Numbered from the stretch's first letter, positions 20,701 through 29,612 are shown. The stretch: DNA of 64,000 nt from an uncultured cyanobacterium (GCA_963706595.1 OY970166.1:2944001-3008000), one strand, 5' to 3'. Numbers and translations are program-made. The notes: generated from the sequence alone by a model not told the origin.

Positions 20701-22543
20701 TGATGATGTAGTCTCCCTGCGGGTCAAAAGCGACGGAATAAACCGGTCCTTCATCTTCTCCGATAATTATTTGCCAGTTGCGCTGGGGGTCAGAAATATC
20801 CCACAACCGCACTGTCTTGTCATGACTGCCACTGACAACGGTTTTACTGTCGGGACTAAAGGCGACTGAGTAGACAATATATGTATGACCAGAGAAAGGT
20901 TGACCGATAGCTTGTCCAGTGTTGACATCCCACAACCGCACTGTCTTGTCATCACTGCCACTGACAACAGTTTTGCCGTCGGGACTAAAGGCGACTGAGA
21001 AGACGGTAGATGTATGACCAGAGAAAGGTTGACCGATAGCTTGTCCAGTGTTGACATCCCACAACCGCACTGTCCTGTCATCACTGCCACTGACAACGGT
21101 TTTGCCGTCGAGACTAAAGGCGACTGAGATGACAATATCTGTATGACCAGAGAAAGGTTGACCGATAGCTTGTCCAGTGCTGACATCCCACAACCGCACT
21201 GTCTTGTCCCAACTGCCACTGACAACGGTTTTGCCGTCGGCACTAAAGGCGACTGAGATGACAATATCTGTATGACCAGAGAAAGGTTGACCGATAGCTT
21301 GTCCAGTGCTGACATCCCACAACCGCACTGTCTTGTCCCAACTGCCACTGACAACGGTTTTGCCGTCGGCACTAAAGGCGACTGAGAAGACAGTAGATGT
21401 ATGACCAGAGAAAGGTTGACCAATAGCTTCTCCAGTATTAACATCCCACAACTGCACTGTCTTGTCAGCACTGCCACTGACAACGGTTTTGCCGTCAGGA
21501 CTAAAGGCGACTGAGTGGACAATATCTGTATGACCAGAGAAAGGTTGACTTTTAGCTTGTGCAGTGATGACATCCCACAACCGCACTGTCTTGTCATCAC
21601 TGCCACTGACAACGGTTTTGCCGTCGGCACTAAAGGCTACTGAAGTGACAGAACCAGTATGACCGGAGAAAGGTTGACCTATCGCTTCTCCAGTGATGAC
21701 ATCCCACAACCGCACTGTTTTGTCCGAACTGCTACTGACAACGGTTTTGCCGTCGGGACTAAAGACTACTGACCAAACATACTTTGTATGACCTGTGAAA
21801 GGTTGACCTATCGCTTCTCGTGTATTGACATCCCATAACTGTACTGTGTTGTCCCTGCTGCCACTGACAACCATATTCCCGTCCGGACTAAAGGCTACTG
21901 AGGTGACAGAACCAGTATGACCTGTGAAAGGTTGACCGATAGCTTGTGCAGTGTTGACATCCCACAACCGCACTGTCTTGTCATCACTGCCACTGACAAC
22001 GGTTTTGCCGTCGGAACTAAAGGCGACTGAGTTGACATCATCTGTATGACCAGAAAAAGGTTGACCGATAGCTTGTGCAGTGTTGACATCCCACAACCGC
22101 ACTGTCTTGTCATCACTACCACTGACAACGGTTTTGCCGTCGGGACTAAAGGCGACTGAGTTGACAAATTCTGTATGACCAGAGAAAGGTTGACCGATAG
22201 CTTGTCCAGTGATGACATCCCACAACCGCACTGTGTTGTCTAAACTGGCAATGACAACGGTTTTGCCGTCGGGACTAAAGGCGACTGAGTTCACAGTAGA
22301 TGTATGACCCTGGCAGCTTGACCACTTTTCTCCAGTTAGGAAATCCCAAATTTCGATAGTAGCATCTGCTAAACCCACAGCTATGCGTCTGCGTCCCTGG
22401 GGTGATATGGCTACTGATAATACTGCACTCTGGAACTCGGCAAAGGGTTTTTCGGGTTCTGGGGCTGCTTCTAGGTCAGTTTCAATTTCTGGGATGATAA
22501 ATTCTTGGCTGCTTATTTCTTGTTGACCTTGGGGTGGTTCCAT
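17789..22543 (-). CDS. WD40-repeat + KAP-family P-loop NTPase with two transmembrane helices
   Basis: 12 conserved GH...WD repeats plus 2 degenerate blades; Walker A GSWGSGKS, FNAWSY, Walker B IVLYIDDLDRC, YIEKIIQLP, TPRTAKRLIN; two hydrophobic helices and coiled coils between Walker A and B. Confidence 0.9.
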   Translation of the reverse strand: MEPPQGQQEISSQEFIIPEIETDLEAAPEPEKPFAEFQSAVLSVAISPQGRRRIAVGLADATIEIWDFLTGEKWSSCQGHTSTVNSVAFSPDGKTVVIASLDNTVRLWDVITGQAIGQPFSGHTEFVNSVAFSPDGKTVVSGSDDKTVRLWDVNTAQAIGQPFSGHTDDVNSVAFSSDGKTVVSGSDDKTVRLWDVNTAQAIGQPFTGHTGSVTSVAFSPDGNMVVSGSRDNTVQLWDVNTREAIGQPFTGHTKYVWSVVFSPDGKTVVSSSSDKTVRLWDVITGEAIGQPFSGHTGSVTSVAFSADGKTVVSGSDDKTVRLWDVITAQAKSQPFSGHTDIVHSVAFSPDGKTVVSGSADKTVQLWDVNTGEAIGQPFSGHTSTVFSVAFSADGKTVVSGSWDKTVRLWDVSTGQAIGQPFSGHTDIVISVAFSADGKTVVSGSWDKTVRLWDVSTGQAIGQPFSGHTDIVISVAFSLDGKTVVSGSDDRTVRLWDVNTGQAIGQPFSGHTSTVFSVAFSPDGKTVVSGSDDKTVRLWDVNTGQAIGQPFSGHTYIVYSVAFSPDSKTVVSGSHDKTVRLWDISDPQRNWQIIIGEDEGPVYSVAFDPQGDYIISAGLNGIKIWRWEGFNIRRVPQAFRNDQPTGEDSLDVAKELQSLADVLMLRSLEPPLAVAILGSWGSGKSFGMHLIEKQITKIRCQKLTAKQTWGDKGDEAHLSPYVGHVYQIKFNAWSYAKSDLWASLIQTIFDQLDRQLTLEQQLSKVSDLLAGGDVWGVLNQMSDSDRKAILESELSQEVFDNLKDKNADGNALWDILTQVRQEEQEKLKLTEKELQSLEAEVKNEIQDIERKFEKKIADIEDNIDKETEKIERKINQEFENTSIVIVFLTQLKELRKDDFGDSIFKDFLNYYGFENRENLEAQIPIVKELDKLEESNLIDQVEKLIKNKDSTIEDIIQKSGRLKNYVEEQPSKIVGLIEFIKKEPKIIFIFVAATSLPFIFYYVIAYILSNALPLIEQIGSWLKFWLTTVFTIPAIGIGVEISTKIRSFQTKIRRLFKVAKESVEQEKQKLAAEKAQKIKAKIDEKNFKQQKDQVYKEKETVKEELTEKQQEIEKLQAQVERQKQRVGLTAQYTSLVDFVNNRLEEDSYQKMLGLMHQIQDDLADLSEHLSYKSGNTNPEKLKVLKEYFPRGPARIVLYIDDLDRCPPDRVVQVLEAVQLLLNTELFIIVLAIDDRYIGRALEHTYKGVLKRGGTPCGVDYIEKIIQLPYRMRPISKDVTASYLKSLVDVEEDFTPDNSESFAMFQQVTNENTFLEQTTGEDFIPLQELTDESSIVEQFPEQSYQNEIAEIPVDTEEPTEEDFNLPVPTPTKNSVVKGISQPNNRESNLEKNNTKIQHSANTDPLVSFERFTAEEFKWISEACQHVDLTPRTAKRLINICKIIKIIWTPVENDKTWKEEPSPEYKQTLIAFLALAGRYPQEMRKLLEEIYLEFEETDENTLIIEKDIWLERLKNHDKLMDIHNKREWKKFKNDFLKMSPREEFYFETRTFNLVRSFCFVGDIGYDPDDNYNREYRFENGKNDIMSV
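20790..22310 (-). repeat. Tandem array of twelve 129-bp (43-codon) WD40 repeats
   Basis: Highly similar nucleotide repeats with a 129-bp period. Confidence 0.92.
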
Positions 22544-22919
22544 GCCAGTAGTGTTACCAGTTGTGTGTGGGTGTTACTGGTTATACTATGTTGCTATTTG
22601 CTTGTAAATACTTTTATACGTTTATTTACGGTGGCTATCTATAAAATATCCCCGAATTCGCTCGTAGTTGCGCTTTAGCGATAAAGCCCCAACCATGATG
22701 GTTTATTCATGCCGATTTACTTAAATTAAAAATGCGAGAACACAGCCTGCACTGCCAATAAATTATAATTATATTAAGTTGCATAAGTTAAAATTGTCTG
22801 TAATAAATATTGTTTAAAACAACATAATAGACATATCCAAGCAATAATTTAGAGACTTGACATTTCACGTCTCTACAAAGGTTCTGAAAAATGCATATTT
22901 AAATTCGGTCGATGTTTAA

Positions 22920-23025
22920 TATGGCAGTTATCGGTTGAGTGAGATACAAGAACCCCACCCCCAACCCCCTCCCCGCAAGCGAGGAGGGGGCTATAATATA
23001 CCTTATATGATTAGGAAAGGCTATA
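22920..23025. mobile_element. Type A MITE variant (106 bp)
   Basis: Same core as 12355-12460, diverged end spacers. Confidence 0.75.
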
Positions 23026-23043
23026 ATAGTCAAAGTTAATAGC

Positions 23044-23328
23044 TTAATTAATTCGCCCTGCTAACCAAGGTTGTAAATCAGCCACACTGTTAAAATCTAA
23101 TAGTGCTTCGCTCAAGTCTTCCAGAACATCTAAAGGTAAACCAGAAATAGATGAGCGTATTTCTTCAGAGATTTCTCCAAAGCGTTTAGTCAATTGTCGA
23201 GAAATAATATTAGCCATCACTTCACGAACTTTTTCAAGACGGGCTTCTTCAAGCCCTTCTAAGCGCCCTTCTTCCTTAACTTCTTGGTAAAACCTCGTTT
23301 CCTGGAGCGTGATGTTCGTATTCAGCAT
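23044..23328 (-). CDS. Stand-alone DUF4351-type Rpn C-terminal module (RpnS-like)
   Basis: Paralogous to 23369-23620; GAAGG-8 nt-ATG; LEDLSEALLDFNSVADLQPWL. Confidence 0.7.
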   Translation of the reverse strand: MLNTNITLQETRFYQEVKEEGRLEGLEEARLEKVREVMANIISRQLTKRFGEISEEIRSSISGLPLDVLEDLSEALLDFNSVADLQPWLAGRIN

Positions 23329-23368
23329 AATCTTTACCTTCATTCGGCTGAGTATTAAAGTTAATAAC

Positions 23369-23671
23369 TTAATTAATTCGCCCTGCTAACCAAGATTCTA
23401 AATCAGCCAAATTGTTAAAATCTAACACTGCTGCGCTTAAGTCTTCCAGAACAGCCACGGGTAAACCAGAAATAGAGGAGCGTATTTCCCCTGAGAGTTC
23501 CCCAAAGCGTTTAGTCAATAGTCCAGAAATGGAATTAGCCATCACTTCACGGACTTCTTCACGTCCTTCTTCCTTAATTTCTCGGTAAACTCTGGTTTCC
23601 TTGAGGGTGATTCCTAACATAGTCTCTACCTCCATTCGACTGAGATTTTCAAACCTATACACCATGATTGT
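23369..23671 (-). CDS. Exon 2 of the Rpn/DUF2887 gene (TIMVYRFE...WLAGRIN)
   Basis: In frame with exon 1 after intron removal (spliced product 283 aa). Confidence 0.85.
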   Translation of the reverse strand, partial: TIMVYRFENLSRMEVETMLGITLKETRVYREIKEEGREEVREVMANSISGLLTKRFGELSGEIRSSISGLPVAVLEDLSAAVLDFNNLADLESWLAGRIN

Positions 23672-26054
23672 GTCGGGTAGGGCGGGGGCATTGCTACCCC
23701 TTTCCCCCCTAAGAACCGGACAAGCAAGTTTCCAAGCATCCGGCTCAAGCAAAGTCACTCCTGTTGGTAATGTACCTTTTGATGGCAATATTGATGTAAC
23801 CAAACTAGGTTTTTAGTTTCGCTTTTTCCACCATGACACCGAGGAATTATATGGTGTAGGTGTAGCGGTTCACCATTAAACAGTGACTCTCCACAGATAG
23901 GACATTTATAGTCTTGTTTTTTGGCTACATTTTGTTGGATGCGGCTGAGTTTTTCGGCAGTTGATTTATCCCTGATTCGTTGTCTTTTTTCCCAGTATTC
24001 CCTTAATTTTGGGTCGTCTGGGGAAGATTTATGTTGAACCAAAGGGTGTCTTTTAATGTTAAACCACCTAAACTTCAGCATATAAGCCCCAGAAGGTTTA
24101 TCTCCAAATACCCATTTGTCGTTAGGTCTATGGAAGTTTAACCTGCCCCAATATTTTTGTTTTTTCCATGCCTTTGATTTTTGAGGATGGGTGCGATTGA
24201 CAAATCTAACTTGTCTACGGAATAAATGGTCATCTAGTTTAGAGAAAGCTTTTGATGACACTACAGTTTTTAGATAATTAGCTTTGCCTCTAATTATGGG
24301 GTTGATGGCGGCAATTAATAATCCAACGTGTTTTCCCTTGTGTTCTAGGAAGACATTTTTGATATCATTTCGGGTTTGTTGCAAGAATTGCTTGCTGGGC
24401 TTGATGAGTAATTTGTATCCGGTTTTTGTATTGCTGACAGGGTAATGTCGGATATTGAAACCCAGAAAATCAAAGCCTTGTGTAAGATGAACTATTTTGG
24501 TTTTTTCCGGTGAGAGTTCTAAACCTCTAGTTGTTAACCAGTTGTTGATTTCATCTTGGGCTTTTTGTGCATCTGTAAGGGTTTGACAAAGAATCACAAA
24601 GTCGTCGGCGTATCTTACCAGTGTTCTGTTACTTTTGATTATTCCTCGGTTATCGTATTTGATTCCCAAGGCATCTTCCATGCCATGTAAGGCAATGTTA
24701 GCTAGTAAAGGGCTGATAATACCGCCTTGCGGTGTTCCAATTTCTTGGTCGTGGAAGACATTATTGTCTATGTATCCCGCCTTTAACCACTGCCAGATTA
24801 ATTTTCTACCTGGGAAATTGCCGATGGTAGTCATTAATTGGTTGTGGTTGATATTGTCAAAACACCCTTTGATATCCGCATCTACTGCCCATTTTTTTGT
24901 GCCATTTGGTCGGGTTGATAGATATATTTTCCCGATAGCATCATGGGGGCTTCTGCCAGAACGGAAACCGTAACTTATTCCTTCAAATTGTGCTTCCCAA
25001 CATGGTTCTAAGGCATTTTTGACGATTGCCTGTAAGCATCTATCCCGAATTGTGGGTATTCCTAGTGGGCGTTTTTTGCCATTGCTTTTGGGTATGTAGA
25101 TTCTTCTGACGGGTAATACTTGCCAGTCTTGGTTTTTGGCGAGGTCGTCCACCAATTTCCCCCTTTGTTGTGGGGTTTTGACTAGTATTTTGTCCACTCC
25201 TGCGGTTTTGTTGCCTTTGTTTTGTTGTGTGGCTTTCCTGATGGATTGCTGCACGTTTGAGTAACTTTTTAGCATCAGCCTTTGGAGATTACGGACTTTT
25301 CGCCAGTTACCTTCACGAGTTGCTTTAAATATGCGTCGTCTGAGATTCCTAACTCTCCGATTGACTTGATACCAGTTGATACTGTGCCAGTCGGAAGTCC
25401 TGTTGGTTACGTTTGCAGTATTTTGCATCTAACTTTTCCCAAATCAGTTCGGTTTCTTAACTTGGTCAATTCTGCTGACTTCACCTGCCAAAGTCTGCAC
25501 CCTTTCGGGTTGGGTATTGCCCTATTCGTCCAGTTATGAACCAATTAGTTTTGTTTCCTGTTCCCTTGCGGGTGACGACATTCGCTTGTTTGGCATCCTC
25601 TCCCCTCTGCGGTTTTCGGCTTTCCTTGCGGTTGGCTTACTCAAGTTTTCGACCTGGGCTTGAGACCTCATAGGGGTTATCCCGTTCCACACTTTTGAGA
25701 TGCGATATCTTTAGGTTTGTGCTATACTCCGGGAGATTTTTTGGTAGCCTAGGTAATTGATCACGGGAATTACCTCTTTGACTATCTCATCATCGGCGAT
25801 AGCCCTATTCTCCGCACTATCCCCAACCATCTTTATCGGAATAGCCTAGATTATCGAAGCCTACACAACAAACCTTGGATTTCTTACCCTAGCCCTTTCT
25901 TATCCAGATGGTTTAGATTCAGTCAGGACATTTCACCCTCTAGCTGTGAGACATCCCCGTTACCAGTGATGCCCCTTCGGGCGGATACTACCTGGCTACT
26001 AGGTAGGAGTCTTTCATGGAGACTCACTCAGAAAGTACGACTTTCGGTTCGCAC
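23672..26054 (-). mobile_element. Group II intron (2383 nt)
   Basis: 5' GTGCG at 26054; domain V GAGCCGGATGCTTGGAAACTTGCTTGTCCGGTTC; domain VI ending CTACCCGAC; removal restores ...EMIT|TIMVY... Confidence 0.93.
23755..25428 (-). CDS. ltrA: Group II intron reverse transcriptase/maturase with HNH endonuclease domain
   Basis: TAGVD, RPLGIPTIRDR, SYGFR, GTPQGGIISPLLANI, RYADD, FDFLGF; C-terminal CPICG...HHIIP...N...CHQKVH. Confidence 0.95.
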   Translation of the reverse strand: MQNTANVTNRTSDWHSINWYQVNRRVRNLRRRIFKATREGNWRKVRNLQRLMLKSYSNVQQSIRKATQQNKGNKTAGVDKILVKTPQQRGKLVDDLAKNQDWQVLPVRRIYIPKSNGKKRPLGIPTIRDRCLQAIVKNALEPCWEAQFEGISYGFRSGRSPHDAIGKIYLSTRPNGTKKWAVDADIKGCFDNINHNQLMTTIGNFPGRKLIWQWLKAGYIDNNVFHDQEIGTPQGGIISPLLANIALHGMEDALGIKYDNRGIIKSNRTLVRYADDFVILCQTLTDAQKAQDEINNWLTTRGLELSPEKTKIVHLTQGFDFLGFNIRHYPVSNTKTGYKLLIKPSKQFLQQTRNDIKNVFLEHKGKHVGLLIAAINPIIRGKANYLKTVVSSKAFSKLDDHLFRRQVRFVNRTHPQKSKAWKKQKYWGRLNFHRPNDKWVFGDKPSGAYMLKFRWFNIKRHPLVQHKSSPDDPKLREYWEKRQRIRDKSTAEKLSRIQQNVAKKQDYKCPICGESLFNGEPLHLHHIIPRCHGGKSETKNLVWLHQYCHQKVHYQQE

Positions 26055-26603
26055 GGTGATCATCTCTATTATGACGCTAGTTGATAGAGATGTTGCTTCT
26101 TCATGAGTTCTAGTTAACAAATACCTTGCTTCTTCTAGTCCTTGACTTTCCTCTACTGTAGTCAGTACCATCAGCGCTAACCATAAAGGGAGTTGGCGAA
26201 TATTACCCAATTCATCTAAATATACCCGATGGACTTGGTTACTATTCAACAATGCTCGATGGGGATAAATGCTACTCTGTTCAATTGCACGATTTGGATA
26301 TATAATTACTGCTTGCCAATCACTAAATCTTGCCCGGTTGCGATAGAAATATAGAGAAGATTCCGCAAAAACTCTTTCATAAAGCTGTTCATCCTTTTGG
26401 AATTGCACCTCGCAAAAATATACAACTCCTGCGTCTACATTTTCAGGTGGGAGAAATACCCCATCAATTTCAAATTTAGGTTCTTTGACAGCTACGGAAT
26501 CAAATCGATAAGCATCTGCATTTGTTGGTGGTGTTTCCAGTAGTTGAAATAACAGATTAGGCGATTGTTGGAACAGTTTGTAAAAAATCGAATCTCGACG
26601 CAT
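26055..26603 (-). CDS. Exon 1 of the Rpn family recombination-promoting nuclease/putative transposase (DUF2887)
   Basis: MRRDSIFYKLFQ, FDSVAVKE, IDGVFLP, FCEVQFQ; 183 codons up to the intron. Confidence 0.88.
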
Positions 26604-26620
26604 AAAATATATTATTGATG

Positions 26621-27913
26621 TTAATTTGTAGGAAATATTGCTGACTCGCTTTGAGGGTCAAAAAAGTGCAGTTTTTCGGGATTTAATGATAACCATAATT
26701 GCTCACCAACACTTACTAATCTATCTGGTGGGATTCGTACTTGGAGATAATTATCTGTATGACTAACTTGAGATTCTGGTTCTGAAATTCTCACAGATAG
26801 GAAAGAATCATTACCCAGATTTTCTACTAAGTCTACTTTTACGGGTAAATTTTTGGTCGCAGGTACACTCAAAATTAAGTGTTCTGGACGCATACCTAAA
26901 ATAATGGTTTGCTTATCGTATTTTCGCAGTGCTGTTTCCCAAGTTTCTGGGAGGGTGAGACGGAAATTTTCATGGGTAATTAACAACGGTGCATGAAATG
27001 TTACAGGAATAAAATTCATCGGTGGTGAACCAATAAACTCGGCGACAAAGCGGTTAGCAGGGCGGTTGTAAAGTTCTAAGGGACTGGCAACTTGCTGAAT
27101 TTGACCTTGATTCATAATGGCTATGCGATCGCCCATTGTCATCGCTTCGGTTTGGTCGTGGGTAACGTAAATCGTCGTGGTTCCTAGTTGACGTTGCAAT
27201 TTGACAATTTGGGCGCGAGTTTCGGCGCGGAGTTTCGCATCCAAGTTAGAAAGGGGTTCATCCATTAAAAATACTTGAGGATCACGGGCGATCGCTCTTC
27301 CTAATGCTACCCGTTGTCTTTGTCCCCCAGATAGCTGTTTGGGTAAGCGATTCAGCAAGGTTTCCATTTGCAATAATTGCGCCACATTTCTTACTTGCTG
27401 GTCTACTTGTCTTTCTTTGTCTGAAATGTAACGCAGTCCTTTAGGTAACTTTCTGGTGACACCCACCAGCAGATTTTTCGCCCAATCAGGAAGTGAAGAG
27501 TCCTGAGTTTCCCGATGATCTAATTCCCGTCTCCGGAGTCCAAAGGCGATGTTGTCATACACCGTCATGTGAGGATAGAGGGCGTAATTTTGAAACACCA
27601 TTGCAATGTCTCGTTCTTTGGGAGGTAGATCATTGATGAGGCGATCGCCTACAGTAATATTTCCTCCTGTCATGGTTTCTAACCCCGCAATTAACCGCAG
27701 TAGAGTGCTTTTACCACAACCCGAAGGACCGACAAGCACCATAAATTCACCATCAGCAATGGTGAGGTTAATTCGCCGTAAGACAGTAATAATGTCTGCT
27801 TCTGGAGTTGTATCACCTTTGGGGCGATCGCTGGGAGAGGTTGGAGAAGCCACACTTTCCCCTTTGCGTTGGGGAAAACTTTTATAGATATTTTCTAAGA
27901 CAACTTGCGCCAC
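26621..27913 (-). CDS. Sugar ABC transporter ATP-binding subunit (MalK/GgtA-like)
   Basis: GPSGCGKST, MVFQNYALYPHM, LSGGQRQR, DEPLSNLDAKLR, TOBE domain; GTG start at 27913 preferred. Confidence 0.92.
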   Translation of the reverse strand: MAQVVLENIYKSFPQRKGESVASPTSPSDRPKGDTTPEADIITVLRRINLTIADGEFMVLVGPSGCGKSTLLRLIAGLETMTGGNITVGDRLINDLPPKERDIAMVFQNYALYPHMTVYDNIAFGLRRRELDHRETQDSSLPDWAKNLLVGVTRKLPKGLRYISDKERQVDQQVRNVAQLLQMETLLNRLPKQLSGGQRQRVALGRAIARDPQVFLMDEPLSNLDAKLRAETRAQIVKLQRQLGTTTIYVTHDQTEAMTMGDRIAIMNQGQIQQVASPLELYNRPANRFVAEFIGSPPMNFIPVTFHAPLLITHENFRLTLPETWETALRKYDKQTIILGMRPEHLILSVPATKNLPVKVDLVENLGNDSFLSVRISEPESQVSHTDNYLQVRIPPDRLVSVGEQLWLSLNPEKLHFFDPQSESAIFPTN

Positions 27914-28047
27914 GGGTATTTGGGGTAACGGTATGCAATGGATAGCTGATTCCACAAAGCGGAACATTCAGCGCCCATGATATATGTTACCTGTGACTAC
28001 GAAAAGTGAAGTACCCTAGATTTATAGGAATATCAGCAGGTGTTGTC

Positions 28048-29280
28048 ATGACTACCGATGTAACTGAAAATCCTGCCCATGAAATTTTAGACGTAACAAC
28101 TACAGATTGTTGTATTGTCGGTGGGGGACCAGCCGGGGCGGTTTTGGCTCTACTATTAGCACGTCAAGGCGTTTCTGTCAAGCTTTTGGAAGCGCATAAA
28201 GATTTTGACCGGGACTTTCGGGGGGATACAATTCACCCCTCGGTAATGGAAATTATGGAGGAATTGGGGTTAAGCGATCGCCTGCTACAATTACCCCATG
28301 CAAAAATGCACGGCTTGAGAATCCGCACTCCTGAAGATACCGTCACTTTAGCCGATTTTAGCCATCTAAAAACCCGTTACCCCTACATCACCATGATGCC
28401 CCAGGTTAAATTCCTGGAATTCATCACCGAAGAAGCCCAGCAATATCCACATTTTCACTTAGTCATGGGTGCAAATGTGCAGGAATTAATTGCGGAAAAT
28501 GGTGTAATTCAAGGTGTCCGTTATCGGGGAGGCGGCGGTTGGCATGAAGTCAGGGCTGTACTGACAGTAGGTGCAGATGGTCGTCACTCACGCTTAAGAC
28601 AACAAGGTGATTTTGAGTCTATTCAAGCATCGCCACCAATGGATGTCCTCTGGTTCCGTTTACCCCATCAGCCAGAAGACCCAGAGGGAGGCATAGGAAA
28701 CGTTGCTCAAGGTCGGATTGTGGCTATGCTGGATCGTGGTGATGAGTGGCAACTTGCCTATGTAATTCCTAAAGGCGGTTATCAGCAAATTCGCGCTGCT
28801 GGGTTGGAGGAATTGAAAAAATCTGTTGTGGAAGTTGTGCCAAGTTTAGGCACGCGTATAGACCATTTACAAGATTGGTCACAGGTATTCTTTCTCTGTG
28901 TGGAATCCAGTTTCGTTAAACGCTGGTATCGTCCGGGACTGTTACTGATAGGTGATGCGGCTCATATTATGTCTCCAGTGGGGGGAGTGGGCATTAATTA
29001 TGCAATTCAGGATGCTGTCGTGGCTGCTAATATTCTCAGTCAACCTCTGAAAAACAAACACATAGAACTGAGTGATTTAGCCAAAGTCCAACGCCAACGG
29101 GAATTACCTACTCGGATTATTCAAGCATTTCAAAGCTTAATTCAGAAACGAGTCTTAGCCCCGGTTCTCCAATCACAGCAGACTTTTAAGCCTCCGGTTT
29201 GGTTACGGTTGCCTATTTTACGCGACCTTCCGGGGCGGTTGATTGGTTTGGGGATTTTTCCAGTTCATGTCCGAAGTTAA
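28048..29280 (+). CDS. FAD-dependent oxidoreductase (UbiH/FAD_binding_3 family)
   Basis: GGGPAG, DFDRDFRGDT, GADGRHS, GDAAHIMSPVGGVGINYAIQDA. Confidence 0.88.
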   Translation: MTTDVTENPAHEILDVTTTDCCIVGGGPAGAVLALLLARQGVSVKLLEAHKDFDRDFRGDTIHPSVMEIMEELGLSDRLLQLPHAKMHGLRIRTPEDTVTLADFSHLKTRYPYITMMPQVKFLEFITEEAQQYPHFHLVMGANVQELIAENGVIQGVRYRGGGGWHEVRAVLTVGADGRHSRLRQQGDFESIQASPPMDVLWFRLPHQPEDPEGGIGNVAQGRIVAMLDRGDEWQLAYVIPKGGYQQIRAAGLEELKKSVVEVVPSLGTRIDHLQDWSQVFFLCVESSFVKRWYRPGLLLIGDAAHIMSPVGGVGINYAIQDAVVAANILSQPLKNKHIELSDLAKVQRQRELPTRIIQAFQSLIQKRVLAPVLQSQQTFKPPVWLRLPILRDLPGRLIGLGIFPVHVRS

Positions 29281-29612
29281 TCAGAATATGGATTTGTGTC
29301 ACGCATCAGCGAAGCGAAGCACGAAGTGCGTTAGGCGCAAAGGCGCAAAGGTAGGAAGATCAGAAGGTAAGAAGGTATTTTTTCTGCTATCTAATGGTAT
29401 AATTGTACTACTCATGCAGAAATCAATGCTCGTTTTAGTCAGGCGAAGTGGCGAATAGTATTCTAAATACTGTTCAAAGCGATCGCTTGGCTTTTATGCT
29501 AGAAAAGACCCAAGCTGAAAGTGTTGTCAGGAATTTATTCAGGCAAATTACAAATATTTAGCTAATAAAACCCCTATTTCCCACTCAGTATTTTTACAGT
29601 CAGGAGGATTAA

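Noticed and set aside
20767..22218. Alternative-frame ORFs (287 aa and 107 aa) with CGCG repeats
   Set aside because: Shadow frames of the WD40 tandem repeat
23369..23803. 144-aa ORF as an independent gene
   Set aside because: Its first part translates intron domains V/VI; only 23369-23671 is exon
23044..25428. DGR (RT next to two similar repeats as TR/VR)
   Set aside because: The RT has maturase and HNH domains and lies in a full intron with domains V/VI; differences between the two DUF4351 copies are not adenine-specific
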